49,063 nt of DNA. Origin: Candidatus Magasanikiibacteriota bacterium. Its GTDB lineage: Bacteria; Patescibacteriota; Patescibacteriia; Magasanikbacterales; UBA922. The DNA is taken from positions 1-49,063 of the forward strand of contig JAHFIC010000002.1 in the NCBI GenBank assembly GCA_023246555.1. Reading direction: 5' to 3'. Below are positions 27,055-35,307 of this stretch, in pieces. The position numbers were made by a program, and so were the translations under genes. The stretch's first letter is position 1; every line of letters starts with the position of its first letter. The notes beneath the pieces are model-generated. The model was not told the DNA's origin. It did no database searches and was given only the letters and a program-made list of their open reading frames with translations.

Positions 27055-29013
27055 GTGTTTTCGTCTCTTGTCGAGCGGGCGCTCTCTCGCGTAAAAAAAA
27101 TACGAAAGCCGACACCGCTCCATTCCCACCATGAGGATGTGGAGCTCGTGCGGCGAGTCCGTGGAAAAAAGCTCCCGCGGTTTTCTCAATTTTTTCATAT
27201 TCGTGCCATCCTCTCGAGAGGGGAGTTGCGTGTCCTTCAAGGCAGTGCTGTAGTATTTTTTGGTGCGGCACTCTGGCTTCTTTTTTTCATGCTGGGGCAA
27301 TACCGGATTCAGGTTCCCCATCCCGGCGGACGATACGTTGAAGCGGTTATCGGATCTCCGGAGTTGGCAAATCCGCTTTTTGCATCGGTCAATGATGTCG
27401 ATATGGATATTGTTCGTTTAGTTTACTCCGGGCTCATGCGGTATGATGAAAAGCAGCGTTTGGTTCCTGATCTCGCGGCGACCTACACCGTATCACCAGA
27501 TAAAAAAGTGTACATATTTGAACTCCGAAAAGATGTGCGTTGGCACGATGGCGAACCATTTCAGGCACGTGATGTTGTCTTTACCATTCAAGCCGCGCAA
27601 AATCCGATTGTTGCCAGTCCGCTTCTCGTGAGTTTTCAAGGGGTAGAGGCGCGCGTTATTGATGATTTTACCGTTCAGCTCACACTGAAGGAGCCATTTG
27701 CTCCGTTTTTAGGGGCACTCACGTTGGGAATTATCCCTGAGCACATCTGGGGAGACGTGCCAGCTGAGCGTATTCGTCTCCATAAAAATAATCTTCAGCC
27801 GATCGGTACCGGGCCGTTTCAATTCTCAAAACTCCTGAAAGATGATACGGGATATATTTATCAATATGAATTGGTTAGGAATCCTGCCTATTATCGCCAA
27901 AGCACCTATCTCGACAGCTTTGTGCTTCAGTTTTTCAGCGAATTTGAAGGGCCAACGGGAGCGATTCAGGCGGTTCGGGAACAACGAGCGCATGGTTTAA
28001 GCTTTGTTCCGCATGATTTGAAAGATAATGTGGAACGAAAACACATCGTCATTCACACACTGCATTTACCTCAGTACACTGCGCTTTTTTTGAATCAAGG
28101 TCACGATGAGGCGCTCCGCTTTAAAGAAGCGCGGACGGCGTTGGAAATGGCCATTGACAAAGATCGTTTGCTCAAAGAAGTTCTGAACGGGGAAGGGGAA
28201 GTTGTTTGGGGGCCGATTCTTCCTGGGTATCTTGGGTACGCGACGGACACCCCGAGGACTCAGTATGCACTCGAGGAAGCAAATGTCATGCTGGACACGA
28301 TTTCAACGCGTATCAGTGCTGACGAGTATCGGTCGATTAGAAAAAATGATTTGCTGAAAACCCTTGGGACGTCTGCATCATCGACAACAGAAATTTCCAC
28401 ATCAACTCAAGCGATTGAAGCACAAGTAGATGCGCTCTTGGCTGAGGAATTGCATGATGCACAAGTCTTTTATCGGCGTTTGAAGGATGGCAGGCTTCTC
28501 GAACTTTCTCTCGTGACGGCGGACACTCCTGAATACCGCCAGGTGGCTGAGCTTATTGCTGGATTTTGGCAGGATATTGGGATAAAAACGGTGATTGGGC
28601 TAATCCCAACAAAAGAGTTCAACCGAGATGTGCTGAAGGATCGAACATATGATGTCCTTTTGTACGGGTTTATTATCGGTGGAGATCCAGACCAGTATCC
28701 ATTTTGGCATTCGAGTCAAATTGATTTTCCGGGTTTGAATTTGGCTCGATATGCCAATCGGACGGTTGATGCGCTTTTGGTGAAAGCTCGGGAAGAAGGG
28801 GATACAGGAGAGGCAGAGGAAGCCTACAAGAAGTTCCAGGTTACCCTTCTTCAAGATCGACCGGCAATTTTTCTGTATGCGCCGACATATAGTTACGCTA
28901 CCAGCGATCGTATTTTTGGGATCTCAGGAGATCGTATTTTTCATCCAGCAGATCGTTTGAATGGTGTCGCGAGTTGGTATATGAAAACTGCTGGTCAATG
29001 GCAAAAGAAATAG
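27055..29013 (+). CDS. ABC-transporter substrate-binding protein, family 5 (peptide/nickel type), membrane anchored
   Basis: GTG start, an N-terminal TM anchor, and length and motifs (DVRWHDGEPF, TGPF) typical of OppA/DppA-like proteins. Confidence 0.85.
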   Translation: MFSSLVERALSRVKKIRKPTPLHSHHEDVELVRRVRGKKLPRFSQFFHIRAILSRGELRVLQGSAVVFFGAALWLLFFMLGQYRIQVPHPGGRYVEAVIGSPELANPLFASVNDVDMDIVRLVYSGLMRYDEKQRLVPDLAATYTVSPDKKVYIFELRKDVRWHDGEPFQARDVVFTIQAAQNPIVASPLLVSFQGVEARVIDDFTVQLTLKEPFAPFLGALTLGIIPEHIWGDVPAERIRLHKNNLQPIGTGPFQFSKLLKDDTGYIYQYELVRNPAYYRQSTYLDSFVLQFFSEFEGPTGAIQAVREQRAHGLSFVPHDLKDNVERKHIVIHTLHLPQYTALFLNQGHDEALRFKEARTALEMAIDKDRLLKEVLNGEGEVVWGPILPGYLGYATDTPRTQYALEEANVMLDTISTRISADEYRSIRKNDLLKTLGTSASSTTEISTSTQAIEAQVDALLAEELHDAQVFYRRLKDGRLLELSLVTADTPEYRQVAELIAGFWQDIGIKTVIGLIPTKEFNRDVLKDRTYDVLLYGFIIGGDPDQYPFWHSSQIDFPGLNLARYANRTVDALLVKAREEGDTGEAEEAYKKFQVTLLQDRPAIFLYAPTYSYATSDRIFGISGDRIFHPADRLNGVASWYMKTAGQWQKK

Positions 29014-29023
29014 ATACGCGCTG

Positions 29024-29044
29024 GGATGGCGGAATTGGTAGACC
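29024..29044 (+). repeat. orphan copy of the 5' part of tRNA-Leu
   Basis: TGGCGGAATTGGTAGAC (29028-29044) is identical to 29109-29125 in the tRNA. No matching anticodon arm, T arm or 3' acceptor strand follows. Confidence 0.7.
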
Positions 29045-29095
29045 TGCCTGCCGGCAGGCAGGCGCATCCCGCCAGAGGCGGGACGGGTTTACATA
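29044..29095 (+). terminator. perfect 20-nt palindrome plus a CCCGCC hairpin downstream of the substrate-binding-protein gene
   Basis: CCTGCCTGCCGGCAGGCAGG (29044-29063), then TCCCGCC-AGA-GGCGGGA (29068-29084) followed by CGGGTTT. Confidence 0.45.
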
Positions 29096-29101
29096 CATCG
29101 T

Positions 29102-29185
<84 letters not shown>

Positions 29186-29228
29186 CAATGTAAGTAAACG
29201 TATTGGATATATTTTTCTTCTTAATCAT

Positions 29229-31142
29229 ATGATGCAAGACAGTACACGGGTGGGCGGCATGCGCCGCAATAGCGGACGCGCGGGAGCGCGGCCAATATCC
29301 CGACGGAGTGCGGGCGTGTCACAGAGCGGCGTCAGTGGCGCACGCGGTGGTGGGCGTTTTCGTAGTGGTATGCGGAGCGGTGCCCGGAGCGGCCCAAGGC
29401 CGACATTTTCGCGAAGCAGTGCGTACCGAGAACATCCGGCCATGGCAGGCCCGCCAGTTGACATTGGTCCGGTGCGGGCAGATGCTCTTCGGATTATCCC
29501 CATTGGTGGCTGTGAGGAAGTCGGTCGAAACATGACCGTATTTGAATATGGGAACGATATTGTTGTTCTCGACATGGGCGTACAATTTCCAGAGGAAGAC
29601 ATGCCAGGCATCGACTATGTGATTCCCAATGCAAAATATCTCGTAGGGAAAGAATCGCGCATTCGCGGTGTGATTTTTAGTCACGGCCATCTGGATCATA
29701 TCGGCGCGGCGCCGATTCTGCTTGAGAAATTGGGTAATCCACCAATCATTGCCATGCCGCTCACGCTTGCCATGATTAAGCACCGGCAGGAGGATTTTAA
29801 AAAGGGTTCGGCAGAGAAGTTGAAGACGATTCCGGTCAAGAGCGTAAAAGACGCGATTGCTCTTGGTGTATTTAGCGTGAAGTTTTTTCAGGTGGAGCAT
29901 TCGATTATGGATTCCATGGGGACGATCTTGGAAACACCGGTCGGCACCGTACTTCATCCGGGCGACTGGACCATGGAGCGTGATGTGGAGGGTGTCACGC
30001 ATCTGCGATATGATCACCTAAAGCACGTGAAACGCCCGAGTGTCCTTATGCTCGAAAGCTTGGGATCGTTGCGTGAAGGCCGGCATGCGACGCATGAGGA
30101 GTTATACAAAAATCTGATGGATATTTTGTCAAAAGCTCCCGGGCGAGTGATTATCGCCACCTTCTCGTCACAAGTCGAGCGGGTCAAATGGGTGATTGAG
30201 GCGGCGGCAGGTCTTGGCAAATATGTCGCGCTCGATGGATATAGTATGAAAATGAATATCGAGATTGCCAAAGAATTGGGATACATTAAGATTCCACGAG
30301 GAACGCTGATTGACGGCCAAGACATTGATCGGTATCCAGAAAATCGAACGGTCGTTGTCTGCACCGGCGCCCAAGGCGAGGAAAATGCCGCGTTGAATCG
30401 CATCGCCAGCGGCGAGCATCGGTTTTTAAAGCTCCGGAAGAACGATACGGTGATTTTCTCATCGTCGGTGATTCCGGGGAATGAACGGAGCGTACAGCGC
30501 TTAAAAGACAATATCTATCGTCAAGCAGACTATGTAATCCATGGAGACCTGATGGACGTGCATGTTTCTGGCCATGCCACACGCCGCGATATCGTGGACA
30601 TGCTTATTCAAACTCAGCCGGATTATTTTATTCCGGTGTATGGGAACCACTTTTTTCTCAAAGAAGCGAAAAATTTGGCAGTGAAAAATACATTCCCAGA
30701 AGAGCGAATTGTGGTGCCGGACAACGGATCAGTCATTGAATTGTCGCCCGATGGAATGAAAACGCTTTCGAAAAAAGTTCCGAGCGATTATGTGTTCGTG
30801 GATGGTCTCGGCGTGTCCGATACCCAGCATGTCGTGCTTCGCGATCGGCAGGTCTTGGCCGAGGATGGCATGATTGTCGTCATTGCGACGGTAAATGCAA
30901 AAGCCGGAAAGCTCATTCAGAATCCTGATATTATTTCCCGCGGTTTTGTCTTTTTGAAAGACAATAAGGAGCTCATTGAGGATATTCGGCATCGGGTGAA
31001 AAAAATGGTCATTGAATCAAACCCATTGCAATGGACTGACACGAATCAGATCCGGAATGACATTCGTGATAAAATCGGTCAATTTATCTTCACCAAAACG
31101 CAGAAGCGGCCCATGGTCCTGCCGGTCGTGATCGAGGTGTGA
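29229..31142 (+). CDS. rnj: ribonuclease J with an Arg/Gly/Ser-rich N-terminal extension
   Basis: Metallo-beta-lactamase HGHLDHIG motif, a beta-CASP domain and an RNase J C-terminal domain. An alternative start exists at 29442. Confidence 0.92.
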   Translation: MMQDSTRVGGMRRNSGRAGARPISRRSAGVSQSGVSGARGGGRFRSGMRSGARSGPRPTFSRSSAYREHPAMAGPPVDIGPVRADALRIIPIGGCEEVGRNMTVFEYGNDIVVLDMGVQFPEEDMPGIDYVIPNAKYLVGKESRIRGVIFSHGHLDHIGAAPILLEKLGNPPIIAMPLTLAMIKHRQEDFKKGSAEKLKTIPVKSVKDAIALGVFSVKFFQVEHSIMDSMGTILETPVGTVLHPGDWTMERDVEGVTHLRYDHLKHVKRPSVLMLESLGSLREGRHATHEELYKNLMDILSKAPGRVIIATFSSQVERVKWVIEAAAGLGKYVALDGYSMKMNIEIAKELGYIKIPRGTLIDGQDIDRYPENRTVVVCTGAQGEENAALNRIASGEHRFLKLRKNDTVIFSSSVIPGNERSVQRLKDNIYRQADYVIHGDLMDVHVSGHATRRDIVDMLIQTQPDYFIPVYGNHFFLKEAKNLAVKNTFPEERIVVPDNGSVIELSPDGMKTLSKKVPSDYVFVDGLGVSDTQHVVLRDRQVLAEDGMIVVIATVNAKAGKLIQNPDIISRGFVFLKDNKELIEDIRHRVKKMVIESNPLQWTDTNQIRNDIRDKIGQFIFTKTQKRPMVLPVVIEV

Positions 31143-31165
31143 CGATAGCAGATAGTGTTTAGGCT

Positions 31166-31699
31166 ATGTTTCGAACACTGAAGAAGCGGGTGGTGTATGA
31201 AAATCCATGGATTCGTGTTTGGGAGGATCAAGTGGAGTTCTCAAATGGTGAGCCGGGGATTTATGGGCATCTGGAACGGCGCGATGAGGGCGCGCTTATT
31301 ATCCCCATGACTCCTGACGGGAGATTCGTGGTTTTGCATGAATGGCGGTATCCGATTCAAGGATGGACCTGGTGTTGGCCGGTTGGTGGGAGTCATACAA
31401 AAGGAGAAGATTCTTTGGTTGTGGCAAAACGTGAACTCAAAGAGGAGACCGGCTACACTGCCCGCGAGTGGATTGATTTGGGTGGTTTAAGGATTGATCC
31501 GGGGTTGAGTAACCAATACGAACGCGTGTTTTTAGCGCGAGATCTCTCGCTTGGTACACCGCGCTGCGAGATATCGGAAATTCATGAGGTTGTCATAAAA
31601 ACAAAGGAAGATATCGAGGCGATGATCGCGCGGGATGAAATCGACAATGGGTGGTTTTTGGCGGGTTTTGCAAAAGCAAAAGTTTTTCTTGATTTATGA
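31166..31699 (+). CDS. NUDIX hydrolase
   Basis: Nudix box GGSHTKGEDSLVVAKRELKEETGY. Confidence 0.85.
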   Translation: MFRTLKKRVVYENPWIRVWEDQVEFSNGEPGIYGHLERRDEGALIIPMTPDGRFVVLHEWRYPIQGWTWCWPVGGSHTKGEDSLVVAKRELKEETGYTAREWIDLGGLRIDPGLSNQYERVFLARDLSLGTPRCEISEIHEVVIKTKEDIEAMIARDEIDNGWFLAGFAKAKVFLDL

Positions 31700-31896
31700 A
31701 ACGATTATTCCGCTCCAAGACCAATCGTCGCGTGTCGGGAATTTTGGGCGGTCTTGGTGTGTATTGGGGGATCGATCCGACGGTGTTTCGCATTTTGTAT
31801 ATATTTTTGGCACTTCTTGTCGGCATTTTTCCAGCAATTCTCGGGTATATCCTCGCGGCGATTGTCATTCCAGAAGAGGGTGATCCGGATACATAG
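31696..31896 (+). CDS. PspC-domain membrane protein
   Basis: RRVSGILGGLGVYWGIDPTVFRILYIFLAL is a typical PspC domain. Its start forms an ATGA overlap with the upstream gene. Confidence 0.8.
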   Translation: MKRLFRSKTNRRVSGILGGLGVYWGIDPTVFRILYIFLALLVGIFPAILGYILAAIVIPEEGDPDT

Positions 31897-32091
31897 AAAT
31901 TTTTGGTTATTACTTTTTATCCACAGGCGCATTTGACGTATTTTTGTTTCACCGGTACGGTATATATATATGATTTTCGCATCGAGTCACAAAACAAACA
32001 CCAGCTTTATGTATTGGGCATGCCTCATTGAGGCAGAGAGTCCGGTGTTTGGTGTTGCATAGGCTTGTTGAAACTTCCTTATCAATTCCAA

Positions 32092-32123
32092 TCTCCCCCG
32101 GACTTTCCGGGGGAGATTTTTTT
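32092..32123 (+). terminator. strong intrinsic terminator 14 nt upstream of the HAD gene ATG
   Basis: TCTCCCCCGGA-CTT-TCCGGGGGAGA (11-bp stem) followed by T7. Confidence 0.8.
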
Positions 32124-32137
32124 CACGTGATTCCTTT

Positions 32138-32590
32138 ATGAAAAAAATTATTATCTTTGATTTTCTCCGTACCCTGTTTGATCCTGAAACAGATAGGCTT
32201 GTTCCGGGCGCGCTTGAGGTGCTGGTTGGCGCGGCGAAGGCGGGTTTCACCTTGTATTTAGTATCACAACGCGAAGGCGGAGAAAGAAAAAAAAGAATCG
32301 ATTCACTTCGCATTGGAGCATATTTCGACCGCATGCTTTTTTGTGATGAAAAGACCTCGGAACAATTTGAAGAATTTCTCGAGAGCATCGGGGAAGTTGA
32401 TCGAAAAAAAAGTTTCGTCATTGGCGATCGTGTGAAAGGAGAAATTGTCTGTGGAAATGCCTGCAATCTCCAAACCATTTGGATAAGAAACGGAAAGTTT
32501 GCGGGAGAGTTGGCGCAAACGCCAGAAGAACAGCCGACGTTTTGTGTCGGATCCATCACCGAAATTATTCCGATCCTTGAGCGGGTATGA
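32138..32590 (+). CDS. HAD-superfamily hydrolase-like protein with a non-canonical motif I
   Basis: IIIFDFLRTLFD (D-x-L-x-T instead of D-x-D-x-T), an LVS motif II and a GDRVKGE motif IV. Confidence 0.7.
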   Translation: MKKIIIFDFLRTLFDPETDRLVPGALEVLVGAAKAGFTLYLVSQREGGERKKRIDSLRIGAYFDRMLFCDEKTSEQFEEFLESIGEVDRKKSFVIGDRVKGEIVCGNACNLQTIWIRNGKFAGELAQTPEEQPTFCVGSITEIIPILERV

Positions 32591-32678
32591 TGATTGTGGT
32601 CTGATGCGTTTTGCCGCTCGCGGCAGTCTGCATCAGATTGCAATGGTGCAATCTGGGCGTCTCATTGGAGGAACCATC

Positions 32679-33971
32679 ATGAGACCAGGAGATAGAGGCA
32701 TGAAGTCGATCATTGAAACCATCATTACGAATTCCGGGCTTTGGGATGGCGAGCGGGCAGAAACGCATCGCTTTCTCACGACCCCGGATCTGTTTCCGCT
32801 CTCGGTAGAGCAGGTGCGTGATTTGCGACTCCTCGGAGTCGCGCTCACGGAGTGTCTCGAGGGCGCCTCGCGGATCGCGGCGATCGCCAAAAGCGGCGAA
32901 CTCGGTCGCGGACTGGCGTGGAGAGAGCTCCAGGAGTTCTCGGTCATGCAGGTAGAGAAGGCGTATCGTCCGCTCCAGGTGGCACGGCCGAAGCAGATTC
33001 CGCGGATCGTGAAGGCGGATTTCGTGGAAGGCGAGGATGGACGCTTGTGGCTGGTCGAGATCGATGCCATGAATCGTCGTGGTATGGGCTATACCACGCT
33101 TCTCTCCGACATCCGGAGGACGGTGAAGCCGGAAGCGAAAGCGTTTCCCGGCGTCTCGCCGCTCCTTGCCGCCGAAGTGAAACGGCGTAACGTGGACCGG
33201 CTCGTGTTTCTCTACGCGCACAAAGAGCGCTTCTATCTTCCGGAGTTTGAGATCCTGAAGCGAGCGCTTCGCGTCGAGGGGGTTGAACTCGTTATCGCGG
33301 ATGAGCTCGACATGAAGATCGAGAACGGACGCATCTTCGTGAACGGAGCGGAAGAGCCATCTCGGCTCTTCATCAACTTCCTCGTGATCGCGAAGAACGC
33401 TCCGCTCCTCACGGCGCTCTCGGCGATGTACTTGGCGGGTGAGGTGCAGTTTCTCATCCCGCCGAAGCCATTCCTTGGATCGAAGGCGCTGGGCGGCATC
33501 CTCCGGAATGACGACGGCAACGAAGTGCTCGAAGCCATTCTGCGCTCGCAGATCGATGGTGCGGCGCTCGATACGGTGCGTCGTCACACGCCGGAGACGT
33601 TTTTCGTCGGACGTCATCGCGAGCTTCCCGAGATCGATTCCAATCATCCATGGGTGCTCAAGGAGGCGATCGCCTCGGGGGCGAAAGGTGTCGTGTTTTC
33701 GACGGATGACGGGTTCTCGAGCGCGCTTGCGGCGGCCAAGAAAGCGGATGGGCGCTATGTGCTTCAGCGTGAAGTCGAAGGTAAAAAAAGATATTTCCGT
33801 TATTATCTTCCGGGAAGCGATGATCTGACGGCAGCTGGTCGGTGGTACACGCGGCTCGTCGTCTACTTCATCGCGGGCATTCCCGCTGATGTCGGTGTGA
33901 CCGGCTGTCAGACCAAGCTGGTTCATGGCGGAAAAGACGCGATCCTCATGGGAGCCATGATCGACGAGTAA
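32679..33971 (+). CDS. ATP-grasp-like ligase (glutathionylspermidine-synthase-like / circularly permuted motif order), high GC
   Basis: GGAGGA SD sequence 7 nt upstream of the ATG at 32679. Motif order is RIVKADFVEGEDGRLWLVEIDAMN, then LGSKALGGIL, then WVLKEAIASGAKGVVF, then YVLQREVE. The functional call is tentative. Confidence 0.55.
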   Translation: MRPGDRGMKSIIETIITNSGLWDGERAETHRFLTTPDLFPLSVEQVRDLRLLGVALTECLEGASRIAAIAKSGELGRGLAWRELQEFSVMQVEKAYRPLQVARPKQIPRIVKADFVEGEDGRLWLVEIDAMNRRGMGYTTLLSDIRRTVKPEAKAFPGVSPLLAAEVKRRNVDRLVFLYAHKERFYLPEFEILKRALRVEGVELVIADELDMKIENGRIFVNGAEEPSRLFINFLVIAKNAPLLTALSAMYLAGEVQFLIPPKPFLGSKALGGILRNDDGNEVLEAILRSQIDGAALDTVRRHTPETFFVGRHRELPEIDSNHPWVLKEAIASGAKGVVFSTDDGFSSALAAAKKADGRYVLQREVEGKKRYFRYYLPGSDDLTAAGRWYTRLVVYFIAGIPADVGVTGCQTKLVHGGKDAILMGAMIDE

Positions 33972-34128
33972 AAATCCTCGCGTGGTGCGAGGTGGGAGAG
34001 GAAGATGGGGTTTGTTTTGACGGACAATCCCATCTCCTCTCCGTCTTCCTCACAGGTGGAAGTGTACAAGAAAACAGAAGAAAATCAAGTTGCTCGGCAT
34101 GCGGGTATGTGCTAAAATTCAGGCGATT

Positions 34129-35109
34129 ATGAAGCCAATAATTTTTTCTGGAATTCAGCCCACTGGCAATCTCCATGTTGGTAGTTATTTGGGCGCAGTA
34201 AAAAATTGGATCGAACTCCAGAACAGCGGTAAGTACGACTGTTTTTTTTGCATTGCTGACTATCATTCTTTGACGGGGAACATGACAGCAGATGAACGGC
34301 GCGAACGGACTATGCGCATCGCGGCAGAGCTCTTGGCACTCGGCATTGATTCCCAAAAAAGCACGCTCTTTATTCAATCGCATGTGCCGGAACACACGGA
34401 ACTCAGCTGGATTTTTAATACCATTACGCCGGTTGCAGAACTTGAACGCATGACGCAATTTAAAGATAAATCCGCGCGGCAAGAGGCGAATATCAATACT
34501 GGTTTATTCACGTATCCAGTGCTTCAGGTCGCTGATGTTTTGTTGTACAAAGGAACGCTCGTGCCCGTCGGTCAAGATCAAGTGCAGCATGTCGAACTCA
34601 TGCGCGACATCGCGCGCTGGTTCAACCAGCGCTATGGCGAATATTTTCCGGAAGCAAAGCCGCTTTTGACCGAAATTCCGAAAGTGATGAGTCTGTTGGA
34701 TCCGGAGAAAAAGATGAGTAAGTCGCTTGGAGCAGATCACGTGATCGAATTGGCGGACAGCGAAGAAGAAATCCTTCGAAAACTCAAACGAGCCGTGACT
34801 GCAACCGAAGGCGGCGGGCAGGCTCCCGGAGCAGAAAATCTCCTGCTTCTCTTGCGGCACTTTGGTCCACCGGCGCTCTTTGAAAGCTTTTTCCGCGCCG
34901 AGAAAAATGGCAGTATCCGTTACGGCGATTTGAAAGCCGCTTTAGCCAAAACCATCGCGGGAACATTTGTTGGATTTCGGGAAAAACGTGACATGCTTTT
35001 GGCTCACCCCACGAAGATCGAGAAATTTGTCGCTCGTGGCGCGAAGCGAGCGGGGGCTGTTGCAAAAAAAACCATGAGCGATGTGCGGAAGCTGGTGGGT
35101 ATTCGTTAA
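34129..35109 (+). CDS. trpS: tryptophan--tRNA ligase
   Basis: GIQPTGNLHVGSYLGA (HIGH-type) and KMSKS motifs. Confidence 0.95.
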   Translation: MKPIIFSGIQPTGNLHVGSYLGAVKNWIELQNSGKYDCFFCIADYHSLTGNMTADERRERTMRIAAELLALGIDSQKSTLFIQSHVPEHTELSWIFNTITPVAELERMTQFKDKSARQEANINTGLFTYPVLQVADVLLYKGTLVPVGQDQVQHVELMRDIARWFNQRYGEYFPEAKPLLTEIPKVMSLLDPEKKMSKSLGADHVIELADSEEEILRKLKRAVTATEGGGQAPGAENLLLLLRHFGPPALFESFFRAEKNGSIRYGDLKAALAKTIAGTFVGFREKRDMLLAHPTKIEKFVARGAKRAGAVAKKTMSDVRKLVGIR

Positions 35110-35112
35110 GCG

Positions 35113-35307
35113 CTAGTAGCCGCTCCAGTCGGCATCCTCATTTTGATCGACGAGGTCGAGATCGTTTAAAGCTTCTTCAAGTCCGTCATTTTCCAGAGTA
35201 GGTGATTCCGAAACACTGGTTTCAAGCGGTGGTGTTTTTTCTGGAACACGCGGACAACCGGCTCCAGTAATTAGGAGAAGACAAGAAAAGAAAAAAATTG
35301 GTTTCAT
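35113..35307 (-). CDS. small acidic lipoprotein-like protein
   Basis: MKPIFFFSCLLLITGAGC signal/lipobox-like N-terminus and an acidic tail. Its start forms an ATGA overlap with the stop of the upstream gene. Confidence 0.5.
   Translation of the reverse strand: MKPIFFFSCLLLITGAGCPRVPEKTPPLETSVSESPTLENDGLEEALNDLDLVDQNEDADWSGY

Noticed and set aside
29024-29100. A second functional tRNA upstream of tRNA-Leu.
   Set aside because: Only the 5' acceptor/D-arm part matches. There is no complementary 3' acceptor strand, no 7-nt anticodon loop and no T-arm GTTC-like motif.
31897-32137. A chromosomal replication origin. Perfect DnaA boxes occur at 31917, 7300 and 22290, and there is an AT-rich (TA)n run.
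   Set aside because: Each site has only a single box. There is no cluster of boxes, no dnaA or dnaN nearby, and no consistent strand-orientation switch at these points. They are more likely chance occurrences or DnaA-regulated promoters.
32565-33926. A 453-aa minus-strand ORF antisense to the ATP-grasp-like gene.
   Set aside because: It is an Arg-rich, motif-free translation on the opposite strand of a high-GC gene. The plus-strand frame has an SD sequence and recognisable enzyme motifs.
33972-34128. A T-box riboswitch upstream of trpS.
   Set aside because: Hairpins are present, but I could not find the conserved T-box sequence (AGGGUGGNACCGCG-like), a specifier-loop layout, or a terminator with a U-tract.
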